Of a DNA stretch of 64,000 bases, positions 1 through 10,128 are shown piece by piece. How positions within the stretch are numbered: the first letter of the stretch is position 1; each line of letters starts with the position of its first letter. The position numbers and the translations under genes were made by a program. Under the pieces are notes generated by a model that made no database searches, was not told the DNA's origin, and saw nothing but the letters and a program-made list of their open reading frames with translations. This DNA is from Bdellovibrionales bacterium (lineage in GTDB: Bacteria > Bdellovibrionota > Bdellovibrionia > Bdellovibrionales > UBA1609): assembly GCA_965205945.1 (NCBI GenBank), contig CBDBIB010000003.1:774238-838237 (forward strand). Direction: 5' to 3'.

Positions 1-42
1 TTCTGGTCTAAATTTTGATTTATAGCCTTTTTTTTCGTTCAT
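1..42 (-). CDS. 5' end of a gene running off the window (MNEKKGYKSKFRPE...), possibly ribosomal protein S18
   Basis: ATG at 42 with GGAG upstream on the minus strand; open frame to the window edge; divergent from rpmB. The S18 identity is only a recollected resemblance. Confidence 0.4.
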   Translation of the reverse strand, partial: MNEKKGYKSKFRPE

Positions 43-98
43 CTATTTAAGTCTCCTTGTGCCTTTAAAATAAAAATGAACTATAACTTAAAAAAAAC

Positions 99-128
99 TT
101 GCCAACAAGCCTAAAATCTAATTACTAT
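99..128 (+). promoter_or_regulatory. Putative sigma70 promoter of rpmB operon
   Basis: TTGCCA(99-104)-18 nt-TACTAT(123-128) upstream of rpmB. Confidence 0.4.
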
Positions 129-215
129 GCTGATTTCCTGTTTTAGTAAAGCTTACTAAGCCTTGTCTTATAGATCAGTACTGAATAATAGGAGATACCA
201 TAAGGAGTTGTTGCC

Positions 216-521
216 ATGGCAAGATGTGAATTAAGTGGTAAGGGACCTGTTGCTAAAAATATTGTCAGCCATTCTAATATTAAGAATAAGTCTATTGCAA
301 ACCCAAATGTACAGGCGAAAAGACTTTTTAGCCAAACCTTAAATCGTTTAGTTTCACTAAAAATTGCTACAAGTACTATGCGTACGATTGAGCATATTGG
401 TGGGCTTGATAGATTTCTTATAAAATCTAAAGATTTAGTTCTTTCTAAAAGAGCAAAAGCTGTGAAAACACAAATTCTTAAGAAATTAAGAGTAGCTACA
501 AAGACTAAGGTGGAAAACTAA
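216..521 (+). CDS. rpmB: 50S ribosomal protein L28
   Basis: MARCELSGKGP...NIVSHSN...PNVQ L28 motifs; AAGGAG RBS. Confidence 0.95.
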   Translation: MARCELSGKGPVAKNIVSHSNIKNKSIANPNVQAKRLFSQTLNRLVSLKIATSTMRTIEHIGGLDRFLIKSKDLVLSKRAKAVKTQILKKLRVATKTKVEN

Positions 522-790
522 TGGCCTCTAGAACACTTAAGTTAAAAATCAATAAAGGGGATAACGTTAAGGTTATTTCTGGATCAGGAAAAGGTCATAC
601 TGGAACTGTTTTAGCACTTAACACTAAAAAACTTAAGGTTAAAGTTTCTGGACATAATATGCAGACACACTTTGATAAAGAAAAGGGAATCTCTACAAAA
701 GAGGGATATGTTGATTATTCAAATATAAAACTTGAAACTACTTTAAAAAGAAAAAAAGCGCCGGCTAAGAAAAAAGCTGCTAAAGTATAA
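521..790 (+). CDS. rplX: 50S ribosomal protein L24 (KOW motif)
   Basis: KINKGDNVKVISGSGKGHTGTV KOW motif and EGYVDYSNI; TAATG overlap with rpmB. Confidence 0.85.
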   Translation: MASRTLKLKINKGDNVKVISGSGKGHTGTVLALNTKKLKVKVSGHNMQTHFDKEKGISTKEGYVDYSNIKLETTLKRKKAPAKKKAAKV

Positions 791-800
791 GCAGTATTAA

Positions 801-1622
801 ATGAAAGACGTGGTTACAGACTTAAAGGTCTCAGTCTTTCAAATTTGTTCAGATGATTCTTTTAAAAATAATTCAAAAAAAATATTAGAGTTATTAAGGG
901 CTCATAATTTAAAATTAGTGGATCTTTGTGTTTTTCCAGAAAATGCTCTTTATATTAGTATAAGCAAAAAAAGCAAAGTTCCAAAGATATCGCTAAAGCA
1001 AGGTTTTTTTAAAAAAATTCAAGAGCTAGCTAAAAAAAATGATGTAGTTATTCATTTAGGAAGTGTTCTTATTTACAGAGAAAAAAAATGCTATAATACA
1101 AGTCTTGTTGTAAATTCAAAGGGGGAAATTAAAGAGGTTTATGATAAAATTCATCTTTTTACTGCAAAAATAGGCTCTTTAGATATTGATGAGGGAAGCC
1201 TATATTTTTCAGGAAATACTCCTAAAATTATTAGAGTAAAAGGTTGGAAGATAGGCCTAAGTATTTGCTTTGATTTAAGGTTTTCAGAACTTTATTCTTT
1301 TTATGCAAAAAATCATTGTGACATGATATTGGTGCCATCAGCGTTTTTTAGGAAAACAGGAAAAGTACATTGGCAGACTTTATTAAAGGCAAGGGCTATT
1401 GAAAGTCAATGTTATGTAGTGGCACCCGGGCAAGTTGGGGTTCATGAAAGTATTGATGAAAAATCTATTAGAAAAAGCTATGGGCACTCCTTAGTGATTC
1501 ATCCATGGGGAGATGTTTTAGCTGATTTGGGGGAAAAGATTGAATGTGTTCAAACGGTTGTTTTGGATAAAAAAGAAATTAAAAAAGTTAAAAATTCAAT
1601 CGTTATGAAAAGAAGACTTTAA
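801..1622 (+). CDS. Carbon-nitrogen hydrolase (Nit1-like amidase)
   Basis: Catalytic triad motifs FPEN, YDKIHLF, ICFDLRF; ARAIESQCYV, YGHS. Confidence 0.9.
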   Translation: MKDVVTDLKVSVFQICSDDSFKNNSKKILELLRAHNLKLVDLCVFPENALYISISKKSKVPKISLKQGFFKKIQELAKKNDVVIHLGSVLIYREKKCYNTSLVVNSKGEIKEVYDKIHLFTAKIGSLDIDEGSLYFSGNTPKIIRVKGWKIGLSICFDLRFSELYSFYAKNHCDMILVPSAFFRKTGKVHWQTLLKARAIESQCYVVAPGQVGVHESIDEKSIRKSYGHSLVIHPWGDVLADLGEKIECVQTVVLDKKEIKKVKNSIVMKRRL

Positions 1623-1647
1623 AATTAATTAAGGAAATATATAAGGA

Positions 1648-2793
1648 ATGCCGAGGTTTTTTGCAACATGCATAAAGGGTTTAGCCCCAGCACTTAAGGC
1701 TGAACTAAAGAGTTTTGATTTAAAACTTAAGGCGTTTTTTGTAAAAGACTCAGGGGTGGGTTTTAATGGGTCTTGGCAAAAAGCTTATGAAGTGAATTTA
1801 AGGTCTAAGGTGGCTTCAAGAGTATTGATGCCTGTTCTAGATTATAAAGCTTTTAGTGATGAGCAGATTACTTACGGGGTTAGAAAATTTGATTTTTCTA
1901 AATATATTCCTAAAAATGGAACCTTTTGCCTTCGAGTAAAGCTTAAAGAAAACGCTCACTATAGAGATCAGCGTTTTGTAATGAATCAGTTAAGAGTAGG
2001 ACTTTTAAAACATTTTTCTGAAATTAAAAGAAAAGATATTTTAGTTTCTGTGGGTGAACCAGATCTTGAAATTTTTGTAGGGGTTTTTGGAGCTCAATTT
2101 TCATTTTCATTAAACCTAAGTGGGCCGCCGTTATCAAATAGAGGTTATAGACTTAAAGGAGAAAAAGCTCCATTAAGAGAAAATTTAGGAGCAGGACTTA
2201 TAAAACTCACAGGTTGGGATGGAGAGCTTGCATTAGTTGATTTTTTCTGTGGTAGTGGGACTTTTTTATTTGAAGCTGCAACATTAAAACACCCAAACCC
2301 ACTTAATAGATTTTTTGGATTTACTCAATGGAACAATTTTGACTCTAAAAAATATAAAGAGGTTCTTAAAAAAATTAAAAATTTAAAAATTAAAAATTTA
2401 AATATTAAAAATTCATCTAAAATCTATGGTTTTGATCAAGATCCACGAAGTATAGATTCTATAAGAATGAATGTTAAAGAGTTTAATCTTTTAAAAAATA
2501 TTCACTATAAACAAGTGGCTTTAAAAGATTTAAACCCTGGGGCTATGGGGCTTGAGCCAGGAATTGTTATTTTAAATCCCCCATATGGTCAAAGATTTGG
2601 TAATTTTAATGAGGCTTTAAAAGTATACAGTCTTATTGGAGAGGTTTTAAAAAATCAATTTAGTGGTTGGAAAGCCTTCATATTATCACCTGATGTAGAG
2701 CTTACAAGAGCCTTAAAAATGAAAGCCTTTTATAAAACTCAGATTGATAATGGTGGCATAGATTGTTTTTTTTTAGGATATAAAATTAATTAG
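1648..2793 (+). CDS. rlmL: THUMP-domain RNA methyltransferase (RlmL-like)
   Basis: RGYR...APLRENL, DFFCGSGT SAM motif, NPPYG. Confidence 0.8.
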   Translation: MPRFFATCIKGLAPALKAELKSFDLKLKAFFVKDSGVGFNGSWQKAYEVNLRSKVASRVLMPVLDYKAFSDEQITYGVRKFDFSKYIPKNGTFCLRVKLKENAHYRDQRFVMNQLRVGLLKHFSEIKRKDILVSVGEPDLEIFVGVFGAQFSFSLNLSGPPLSNRGYRLKGEKAPLRENLGAGLIKLTGWDGELALVDFFCGSGTFLFEAATLKHPNPLNRFFGFTQWNNFDSKKYKEVLKKIKNLKIKNLNIKNSSKIYGFDQDPRSIDSIRMNVKEFNLLKNIHYKQVALKDLNPGAMGLEPGIVILNPPYGQRFGNFNEALKVYSLIGEVLKNQFSGWKAFILSPDVELTRALKMKAFYKTQIDNGGIDCFFLGYKIN

Positions 2794-2854
2794 AGTTTGT
2801 TTAAGTTAAGGTGTCTTAAAACTTTTATAAAGTAAAGTTTTCTTAAAAATAATT

Positions 2855-3223
2855 TTATATGGGCTTATTTAAAACCATATAAATTGTGAGTAAAATTAAT
2901 GCAGTATAAAAAAGAATTAATTTTGTTTGGTTTTTTTTTGGAAGTTTTTTTAAAAAAAAAGGTATCATTCCAAACATAACCCAAACAAAAAGTTTAAATA
3001 AAAACCAACCTTGCATAAAGGGGTTTTGAATATTGGCTTTAGCAAGCAAACCAAATCCTGTAAATAAAACTAGAAAAAGGCTTAAGCCCTGTAGTTTTAC
3101 TAAATTTTTACGGATTTGTTCAAAAAAGGCTTGACCAAATGCTGAAGACATCAGCATCCCTGTGGTTAGAATCATAATAAATAAAGAAGATAAGTGTAGC
3201 CACTTGTAGAATATATAAGACAT
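2855..3223 (-). CDS. Small 4-TM membrane protein (SirB2-like)
   Basis: YKWLHL N-terminus, four hydrophobic segments, C-terminal KP. Confidence 0.65.
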   Translation of the reverse strand: MSYIFYKWLHLSSLFIMILTTGMLMSSAFGQAFFEQIRKNLVKLQGLSLFLVLFTGFGLLAKANIQNPFMQGWFLFKLFVWVMFGMIPFFLKKLPKKNQTKLILFYTALILLTIYMVLNKPI

Positions 3224-3253
3224 AAGTTTAGTAATTACCTGTAGTTTTAAGAG

Positions 3254-3270
3254 TTGACAAGAATTCTTGT
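3254..3270 (+). promoter_or_regulatory. -35 box overlapped by a 14-bp palindrome upstream of hppA
   Basis: TTGACA at 3254-3259 overlaps ACAAGAATTCTTGT (3257-3270). Confidence 0.35.
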
Positions 3271-3315
3271 TAGGTTACCTACAAGAGTCATAAATAATAT
3301 GTAGGAGGTAAGTTA

Positions 3316-5364
3316 ATGGAAATTGGAATGCTCGCACCCATTGTAGGCGTAGTAGGATTGGTGATTGCTTTATTGATTTATATGAGTCTTTTAAAGCTTT
3401 CTACAGGAACAGATAAAATGAGAGAAATTGGTGAAGAGATTCACTTAGGTGCTATGAGCTTTTTAAAAGCTGAATATAAGATTTTATCTATTTTTATAGT
3501 GGTTGTTGCAGGGCTTTTATTTTGGAGATTTGGTGGGCCTACTGCTATTGCATTTATGTCTGGAGCTATTGTTTCTGGATTAGCTGGCTTTATTGGGATG
3601 AAGGCGGCGACAAAAACTAATGTTAGAACTGCTGCTGCCGCAAAAGAGTCTGGACAAGGTAAGGCTTTGTTAACAGCTTTTAACGGTGGGGCTGTAATGG
3701 GCTTATCTGTAGCAAGTTTAGGTTTAGTGGGTTTAGGTATTTTCTATTATTTTTTTGGGCAGTATGTTCAAACAATTGGTGTGATTTCAGGGTTTTCAAT
3801 GGGCGCTTCATTGATTGCTCTTTTTGCAAGAGTCGGCGGTGGTATTTTTACAAAGGCTGCTGATGTTGGTTCTGATTTAGTTGGTAAAGTTGAAGCTGGT
3901 ATTCCAGAGGATGATCCAAGAAACCCTGGTGTTATTGCAGATAATGTTGGAGATAACGTTGGTGATGTTGCAGGTATGGGTGCTGATATATTTGAGTCCT
4001 ATGTTGGAGCTATGGTTGCATCAATTGCAATTGCTGCAACCATGGGGTTAGATATTGTTTTAAAACTTGCTCCAATGGGTGGGGATGCTGGAAGGTCACT
4101 TTTAATGGGCCTTCCATTAACTTTATCTGTTATAGGTTTGATTTCTTCAGTTATTGGTATTTTAGGAATGGTTTTTTTTAAGAAAATGAACCCAGCAATG
4201 GCCCTTAATATGTCAGTGTTTACGGCTTGTGGTTTTTTCGCTTTAGGAGCATATCTTTTATTGTGTGGAATGGCTCTTTCTACAAATCTTTTTTGGGCTA
4301 TTGTTGCAGGTGCTCTTGCTGGTCTTGCAATCGGTCATATCACTGAGTATTACACCTCTAAGGGGCCTGTGTTTAAAATTGTTCAAGCCTCTAAAACGGG
4401 TCCTGCAACAAACATAATCCAAGGTTTTGCAGTTGGTTTAGAGTCTTGTGCTCTTCCTCTTATTTGTATTTGTGGGGCTATTTTTGTTTCATTTTACTTT
4501 GCAGGTCTTTATGGTATTGCTTTAGCAGCTGTGGGAATGCTTGCTACTGTGGGTATTACAATGACTGTTGATGCTTATGGTCCTGTTGCAGACAATGCTG
4601 GTGGAATTTCACAAATGGCAGGCCTTGGCTTAGAGGTTAGAAAAATTACTGATGGATTAGATGCCGTTGGAAATACTACTGCTGCTGTTGGTAAAGGTTT
4701 TGCAATTGGTTCTGCGGCATTAACCGCTTTAGCGTTGTTTGTTGCTTATGGTCAGTCTGTTGATGTTGTAAGAAGTGCTGCTGGAATGAAAATGCTTTCA
4801 ATTGATATCTTAAATCCGTTGGTTGTTATAGGTTTATTCTTAGGGGCGGTTGTTCCTTTAGTTTGTGGTGCAATGACGATGACTTCAGTTTCTAAGGCTG
4901 CGGGTAAAATGGTTGATGAAATTAGGCGCCAGTTTAAAGAAATTCCAGGTCTTTTAGAAGGTAGAGGAAAACCTGATACAGTAAGATGTGTTGAAATTTC
5001 TACTAACGCTGCATTAAAAGAAATGCTAGCTCCAGGGGCAATAGCAGTTGCTGCTCCAGTAGCTTGTGGATTCTTACTAGGTGCTGAAGCTTTAGGTGGA
5101 ATGTTAGCAGGTGCGACTGTTGTAGGTGTTGTTTTAGCCCTTCTTATGTCTAACGCTGGTGGTGCTTGGGATAATGCTAAAAAAGCAGTTGAAACAGCTG
5201 CAGTTAAAGGTGTTCAAAAAGGAAGTGATATTCATACAGCAACAGTTGTTGGTGATACGGTGGGTGATCCATTTAAAGATACTACTGGTCCAGCAATGAA
5301 TATTTTAATCAAGCTTATGTCTGTTGTAGCTTTAATTATAGCCCCCATTGTAGCAACGATTTAA
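3316..5364 (+). CDS. hppA: Membrane-bound ion-translocating pyrophosphatase, K+-dependent type
   Basis: [52 protein letters not shown]. Confidence 0.97.
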   Translation: MEIGMLAPIVGVVGLVIALLIYMSLLKLSTGTDKMREIGEEIHLGAMSFLKAEYKILSIFIVVVAGLLFWRFGGPTAIAFMSGAIVSGLAGFIGMKAATKTNVRTAAAAKESGQGKALLTAFNGGAVMGLSVASLGLVGLGIFYYFFGQYVQTIGVISGFSMGASLIALFARVGGGIFTKAADVGSDLVGKVEAGIPEDDPRNPGVIADNVGDNVGDVAGMGADIFESYVGAMVASIAIAATMGLDIVLKLAPMGGDAGRSLLMGLPLTLSVIGLISSVIGILGMVFFKKMNPAMALNMSVFTACGFFALGAYLLLCGMALSTNLFWAIVAGALAGLAIGHITEYYTSKGPVFKIVQASKTGPATNIIQGFAVGLESCALPLICICGAIFVSFYFAGLYGIALAAVGMLATVGITMTVDAYGPVADNAGGISQMAGLGLEVRKITDGLDAVGNTTAAVGKGFAIGSAALTALALFVAYGQSVDVVRSAAGMKMLSIDILNPLVVIGLFLGAVVPLVCGAMTMTSVSKAAGKMVDEIRRQFKEIPGLLEGRGKPDTVRCVEISTNAALKEMLAPGAIAVAAPVACGFLLGAEALGGMLAGATVVGVVLALLMSNAGGAWDNAKKAVETAAVKGVQKGSDIHTATVVGDTVGDPFKDTTGPAMNILIKLMSVVALIIAPIVATI

Positions 5365-5486
5365 ATTTGTTAAAAATAATGTCTTAAAATCAAACAAAAA
5401 CGACTTTTAAAGGGTTGGTTTAAGTTATGGTTGAATTTAACCGATGTTGTTTTTGTTAACTTAAAAAGATTTAAGCAAAAAAAGGA

Positions 5487-6005
5487 ATGGCTATGAAATT
5501 AAGATATGCTTTATTAGTGTTTTTATTCTTTGGTTTTACTGCTTGTGAGAATATTCAAGAATTATTAGATGAGACGGAAAAACTGTTAGGTGGATCGGTT
5601 GAAATTATGGATGGCACTTATGAAAGTGAATGTATGGAGGATGAGAGTGATGGAGCGAAAAGTCAAATAGTATTCTCCACTATTAGTAATGGTAAGAGGC
5701 AGATATCTTATCAAATCTTTAATTATGAGAATGATCTAGATTGTTCTGAAGCATCAACAAGTCAAGGAGAGATTACAATTGAAACCATTGTTCTTGCTGA
5801 GAATGGTTTTGGCGGCAATATTTCTTATTTTAAAGAAGGAGGAAATCAGGGCTCTGTGGTTGCTTATTATGTTGATGATATTGCTAAGGCAATCTATATA
5901 CCTAAGTTAGAAGGGAGTTCTGGTGAAGGACCTGAAGAACTTAAAGAATATTTTTCAAACTTTATTCAAAATCCAAGAAGTGGAATTAAGTATACACGAC
6001 AGTGA
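5487..6005 (+). CDS. Acidic lipoprotein, paralog of 6609..7115
   Basis: Signal peptide with lipobox FTAC; DGTYESEC. Confidence 0.8.
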   Translation: MAMKLRYALLVFLFFGFTACENIQELLDETEKLLGGSVEIMDGTYESECMEDESDGAKSQIVFSTISNGKRQISYQIFNYENDLDCSEASTSQGEITIETIVLAENGFGGNISYFKEGGNQGSVVAYYVDDIAKAIYIPKLEGSSGEGPEELKEYFSNFIQNPRSGIKYTRQ

Positions 6006-6608
6006 AAAAGGTTAGTTTAAACTTTTAGATATTAAATCTGGTGCTGAATTATTTTAAAAGTATTAAATTTAATACCGAGTTTAAAAAATTCTAAATTAAA
6101 AATTATTTATTAAAATAAAGGCCTTTATAATGTTTTGTTAGAAAGGTATTTGTACACCATTACCTAGTTTAAATTTTAAAAGAGTGTAAGTTAGGTTATC
6201 TTCTCATAAGATACTTAAGTGGTTATTTTAAGAATGATAGTGTACTTGCAATAGCCATTAAGTTTAGGGTTAAAATACACTTGTCTTAAAACTAAATTTT
6301 AAAATTTGTAAGAGTAAAAATAAAATTTATGCTAGTGGGGTATATTAATCTATAAAGTAAGTGCTACCAAGGGTAGTGGCGCTCATCATTAAGAGTTGTA
6401 TCTTTAAAATGTGGAGGGCAGTTTTTGTACTTTGGCCGCTAGTTAGGCACTACTGCTTTTAATGTATTTTAAAAAAGGTTAGCAATTAAGCATTCCAAAA
6501 CTTAAGTCTTGAATTAACTTAACTTTTAATGGGTTTAAAAATTAATTTGACTACCTGATAAAAAACTGTAATCTTTCATCGTGTGTTAATTAAACTAAAA
6601 ATAAGGAG

Positions 6609-7115
6609 ATGTTTATGAAATTAAAATATACGCTATTAACTTTTTTACTATTGGGTTTTGCAGGTTGTAGTGATAGCGATGATGGTAATGAGGCAGTTAA
6701 TGTTATAGATGGTACCTATTCATCAGAGTGTATCGAAGTAGATAATGAAAGTGGGGACAACACGAGTAAAATAAGTCATATTATATTTTCAACAACTGAA
6801 GACGGTGTAAGGCAGCGGGCTGCTCGAGAAAATACTTATACTGGAGTTATGTGTGATGCGGGCAAAGCAGATGGCCCATCTGTTGCAGCATCAAATGTTA
6901 CCTTTGCTGATTATGGTTTTGGTAATGGTGTTTCCTACTATACTGGAGCAACCAATTCGACCCCTTATCATCTTGACGGTAATGTGCTTTATGAAGGCAC
7001 TCCTGTTGAGAGTTCATCGATAACTGAAGAGGCAGGTGAAACTTCTGCAGACATTTTTGCTGGATTTATTGAAACTCCAGTAACTGATGATAGCGTTGGG
7101 CATACACGTCAGTAA
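6609..7115 (+). CDS. Acidic lipoprotein, paralog of 5487..6005
   Basis: Lipobox FAGC; DGTYSSEC; AAGGAG RBS. Confidence 0.8.
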   Translation: MFMKLKYTLLTFLLLGFAGCSDSDDGNEAVNVIDGTYSSECIEVDNESGDNTSKISHIIFSTTEDGVRQRAARENTYTGVMCDAGKADGPSVAASNVTFADYGFGNGVSYYTGATNSTPYHLDGNVLYEGTPVESSSITEEAGETSADIFAGFIETPVTDDSVGHTRQ

Positions 7116-7160
7116 AGCAGTTAGTAAACTAAACTGTTTATAAATAAATTTAAAAAGATC

Positions 7161-7194
7161 AATGGCTAGGCTTTAAAAGTTTGGCCATTTTTTT
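7161..7194 (+). terminator. Rho-independent terminator
   Basis: AATGGCTAGGCTTT/AAAAGTTTGGCCATT stem followed by a T run after the lipoprotein gene. Confidence 0.55.
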
Positions 7195-7479
7195 ATACTT
7201 CATAAAAGAGTTTAGTTACTTCATTTTAAATAATTTTTTACTAAGAAAAATTTAATTTTATGGCATTTGAAATTGATTTAAGAGGAAGTTAATTGATTAC
7301 TATGAAGATAAATTATTTTATTCTCGTTTAAGAATTTTTGAGGTTAAATTTAGAGAATGATTTTTAGCTATAGAAAATAAAAAAAGCAATACTAAAGTAA
7401 ACGATTTATTTTTAAGTATCTGTATTATGAGCTTAAAATTTAAATCCTAGCTCTTTTTTTTACCTCATAGCTATCAACA

Positions 7480-8262
7480 TTAAAGACTGTTTAAATTCCA
7501 ATCATAACCAGAAAAAGTAATAGAGTAATCTTTTGAAAGAATGAGTGCTTTTTCTTTTTCGTTAATGGCAATTGAGTTTGCATATATGGTTAAAAAAGCT
7601 TTTAAAGACTTATAGTTCTTGGTTTTAAAATCATTGCCGTACCACTTAAATATATTTGAAAGTTGAACAGATTTGTTTTTAATATTGACACGGTTTCTTG
7701 AGTGATCTTTTAAAAAATTTTGAGCTGCAGATTCAAATTGGCTATTTAATTTTTCTGCGATCCATGGAGTGTTTAAAAGTGCAGGGCATCCAATTGATGC
7801 ACAATTAAAAGCAAAATGTATTCTAGCATCATTTCCTAAGGTTTTAGAGGCTCTAACAAATTTATGTTCGATTTGATTTAAAAAAGAATCTTCTTTAAAA
7901 AGTTTAAAAAATTTTTTTTTCCAAGGAGATGAAAAAAAAGTTCCAATTTTTTTAATTGATTTAACAGGGTAGTTATCAAGAATGAGCTTTATTGTATAAG
8001 CGTTATAGGCGTTTATGTAAAAAGCCAACTGTTGTTTTACAGTGAAATTGTTAAAATCTTTTTTTTCTACTGAACTAATACTTTTAAGATATTTATTAAG
8101 TTGATTAGTATTAAAATTTTTATAATCAACAACAGAGCTTGTTTTATTAGGAGACATTTTAACATGAGCATTTAATAAATTTGCAAATAGGCTGTGTTTA
8201 TGGTCAAAAGCAAGGGATAAAGAAGAAGTTAAAACAATAAAGGATAAGATTAATATTTTCAT
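7480..8262 (-). CDS. DUF547 secreted protein
   Basis: Signal peptide; LAFYINAYNA, RIHFAFNCASIGCP, LSNIFKWY, YDWNLN. Confidence 0.9.
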   Translation of the reverse strand: MKILILSFIVLTSSLSLAFDHKHSLFANLLNAHVKMSPNKTSSVVDYKNFNTNQLNKYLKSISSVEKKDFNNFTVKQQLAFYINAYNAYTIKLILDNYPVKSIKKIGTFFSSPWKKKFFKLFKEDSFLNQIEHKFVRASKTLGNDARIHFAFNCASIGCPALLNTPWIAEKLNSQFESAAQNFLKDHSRNRVNIKNKSVQLSNIFKWYGNDFKTKNYKSLKAFLTIYANSIAINEKEKALILSKDYSITFSGYDWNLNSL

Positions 8263-8299
8263 CTTTTTATTTTTAAATAAAAAGTATTTTATATCAAGT

Positions 8300-9364
8300 T
8301 TAGTCTTTAAGATTTAAATGCTTCATTACTTTATTTAAGTTTTGTTTCATTCTAGCAAGGCTTCCAAAGGCAGCATTATTTTTTAACCCTTCTTGGAGAG
8401 GTTTTAAAGGGTAGCCATAATAGCTTCCAGATTTGTGAATGCTTTTATGTACAACAGAATGACCTGCTAAATTCACATTATCAGTAATTGTAATATGTCC
8501 AGTAACAGTAGAGCGTCCACCTGTTGTAAAGTAGTCGCCAATAGTGGTAGATCCGGCAACAATAAATCCTGCTGTAATAATACAACCTTTTCCCATAGTG
8601 CAATTGTGTCCAATGTGGCAAAGATTGTCGATTTTAGTGTGAGCTCCAATAGAGGTTTTTCCAAAAGTACCACGATCTATTTTACTTCCTGGACCAACAT
8701 GTACAAAACTCTCTAAAACAACATAGCCTTGGTGTGGAATAGGAAAGTGCTCTCCCTTTAACGTTGAGGCATATCCAAAGCCCTCAGTGCCTACGGCGGC
8801 ATGTGGATGAATCTCACAGTTGTCTTTTAATATTGAGTTTTGAGCAATGAGTGCAAATTCATGAACACGACAGTTTTTTCCTAGGGCTGATCCTGACTGA
8901 ATAACTGCACAGGCACCAATAATAGAGCCCGTCTTAATCTTAACATTTTTACCAATAAAAACATTAGGGCCAATTTTTACATTTTCAGCAATATCGGCTG
9001 TTGGGTGAATAATAGCAGCTAGTGAAATATTTGTTTTAAAACCCTTAAACTGTTCTAAAAGTTTATCGGTAGCAAAAATTTCTTTTCCACAAAGAGCCAT
9101 TACAAGTCTTGGATTATTAGACTTTAAAGCATTTATCTTTAAATCTGGTGGAAGTAGGTGGGCATGGGATTTAGATACAACAATACAAGAAATGCTAGAT
9201 TTTAAAGCTTTTTGAATAGACTCTGGTTTTGAAATAAAAACAATAGAGTCAGGTTTAGGTTCATCTTCTGAAGAAAGGCTAATAAGCTTACGTTCTAAGT
9301 TATCTTTTATATGTATTGATAAAAGATCATTATACCGTTTAACAAATTCAGATACTGTAATCAT
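8300..9364 (-). CDS. lpxD: UDP-3-O-acylglucosamine N-acyltransferase
   Basis: Hexapeptide repeats, EGFGY, IDRG, KIDNLCHIGHN; likely start ATG 9364 (track starts 9433). Confidence 0.93.
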   Translation of the reverse strand: MITVSEFVKRYNDLLSIHIKDNLERKLISLSSEDEPKPDSIVFISKPESIQKALKSSISCIVVSKSHAHLLPPDLKINALKSNNPRLVMALCGKEIFATDKLLEQFKGFKTNISLAAIIHPTADIAENVKIGPNVFIGKNVKIKTGSIIGACAVIQSGSALGKNCRVHEFALIAQNSILKDNCEIHPHAAVGTEGFGYASTLKGEHFPIPHQGYVVLESFVHVGPGSKIDRGTFGKTSIGAHTKIDNLCHIGHNCTMGKGCIITAGFIVAGSTTIGDYFTTGGRSTVTGHITITDNVNLAGHSVVHKSIHKSGSYYGYPLKPLQEGLKNNAAFGSLARMKQNLNKVMKHLNLKD

Positions 9365-9458
9365 GGCTAATCCTTTTAAGAAAAAAACAATAGTACTAGT
9401 CAAATCAATAAGAGTGTTGTATCTTGACGGCAACGTCTAAGAAACAACGCAAGGAGTT

Positions 9459-9839
9459 ATGATGGCAACTAAAGCTTCGGGCAGCAAGGCTGCAAACAAA
9501 AAGAAAGCTACTAAAAAAGCTACTAAAAAAACTACTAAGAAAGCAGCGTCTAAAGGTGAAGGTGTTATAAAAAAAGTAAAAAAAAAGCGTGTAACAAAGG
9601 CAGAGCGTGAAGCAAAAGAAGAGTCAGATCGTTTAAAGGATAAATGGCAAGAGCTTCATACATTATCTGAAGGGCAGCCTGCTAAAAAATATAAGATTAC
9701 GGATTCATATGAGTCTAACTCAGCCTTAGATCATGCAAAGCTTGGTTGGGGATATGTGTTGATATCACAGAACAATAGGTTAGAAGTACTGTTTGAAGAG
9801 GGGATTAAAATTTTAATTTCAAACTACGAAGGATCATAG
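9459..9839 (+). CDS. Lys-rich N-terminal tail plus small beta domain (DUF3553/UvrD-C-terminal Tudor-like)
   Basis: KKAT repeats; HAKLGWGYV...LEVLFEEGIKIL; AAGGAG RBS. Confidence 0.7.
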   Translation: MMATKASGSKAANKKKATKKATKKTTKKAASKGEGVIKKVKKKRVTKAEREAKEESDRLKDKWQELHTLSEGQPAKKYKITDSYESNSALDHAKLGWGYVLISQNNRLEVLFEEGIKILISNYEGS

Positions 9840-9844
9840 TTTAA

Positions 9845-10063
9845 ATGGCAAAAGACGATTTAGCACAGTTAGAAGGAAAGATCTGTGATGCAGGTGCTGG
9901 TGGCCTTTATCAAGTGGAATTAGAAAATGGAGCAAAACTTAAGGCCAAACTGTGTGGAAAAATGAGAAGATTTAATATTCGTGTCGTTGTAGGCGATAGG
10001 GTTACAATTGGTGTTTCCCCTTATGACCCAACCCATGGCTTGATTATGTATAGGCATAAATAG
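9845..10063 (+). CDS. infA: Translation initiation factor IF-1
   Basis: MAKDD...VELENG...GKMR...IRVVVGDRV...SPYD. Confidence 0.96.
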   Translation: MAKDDLAQLEGKICDAGAGGLYQVELENGAKLKAKLCGKMRRFNIRVVVGDRVTIGVSPYDPTHGLIMYRHK

Positions 10064-10128
10064 TCTTAAAAATTTAAATATTTATTAAAATATAATTAAC
10101 ATAATTAACATAATGCTACGGAGTTTAT

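Noticed and set aside
135..200. Possible structured ribosomal-protein leader before rpmB
   Set aside because: Only a weak AT/GU-rich stem; cannot be supported without covariation data.
6340..6460. GC-richer patch with small hairpin between the lipoprotein genes as a riboswitch
   Set aside because: No recognisable riboswitch consensus; needs an Rfam scan.
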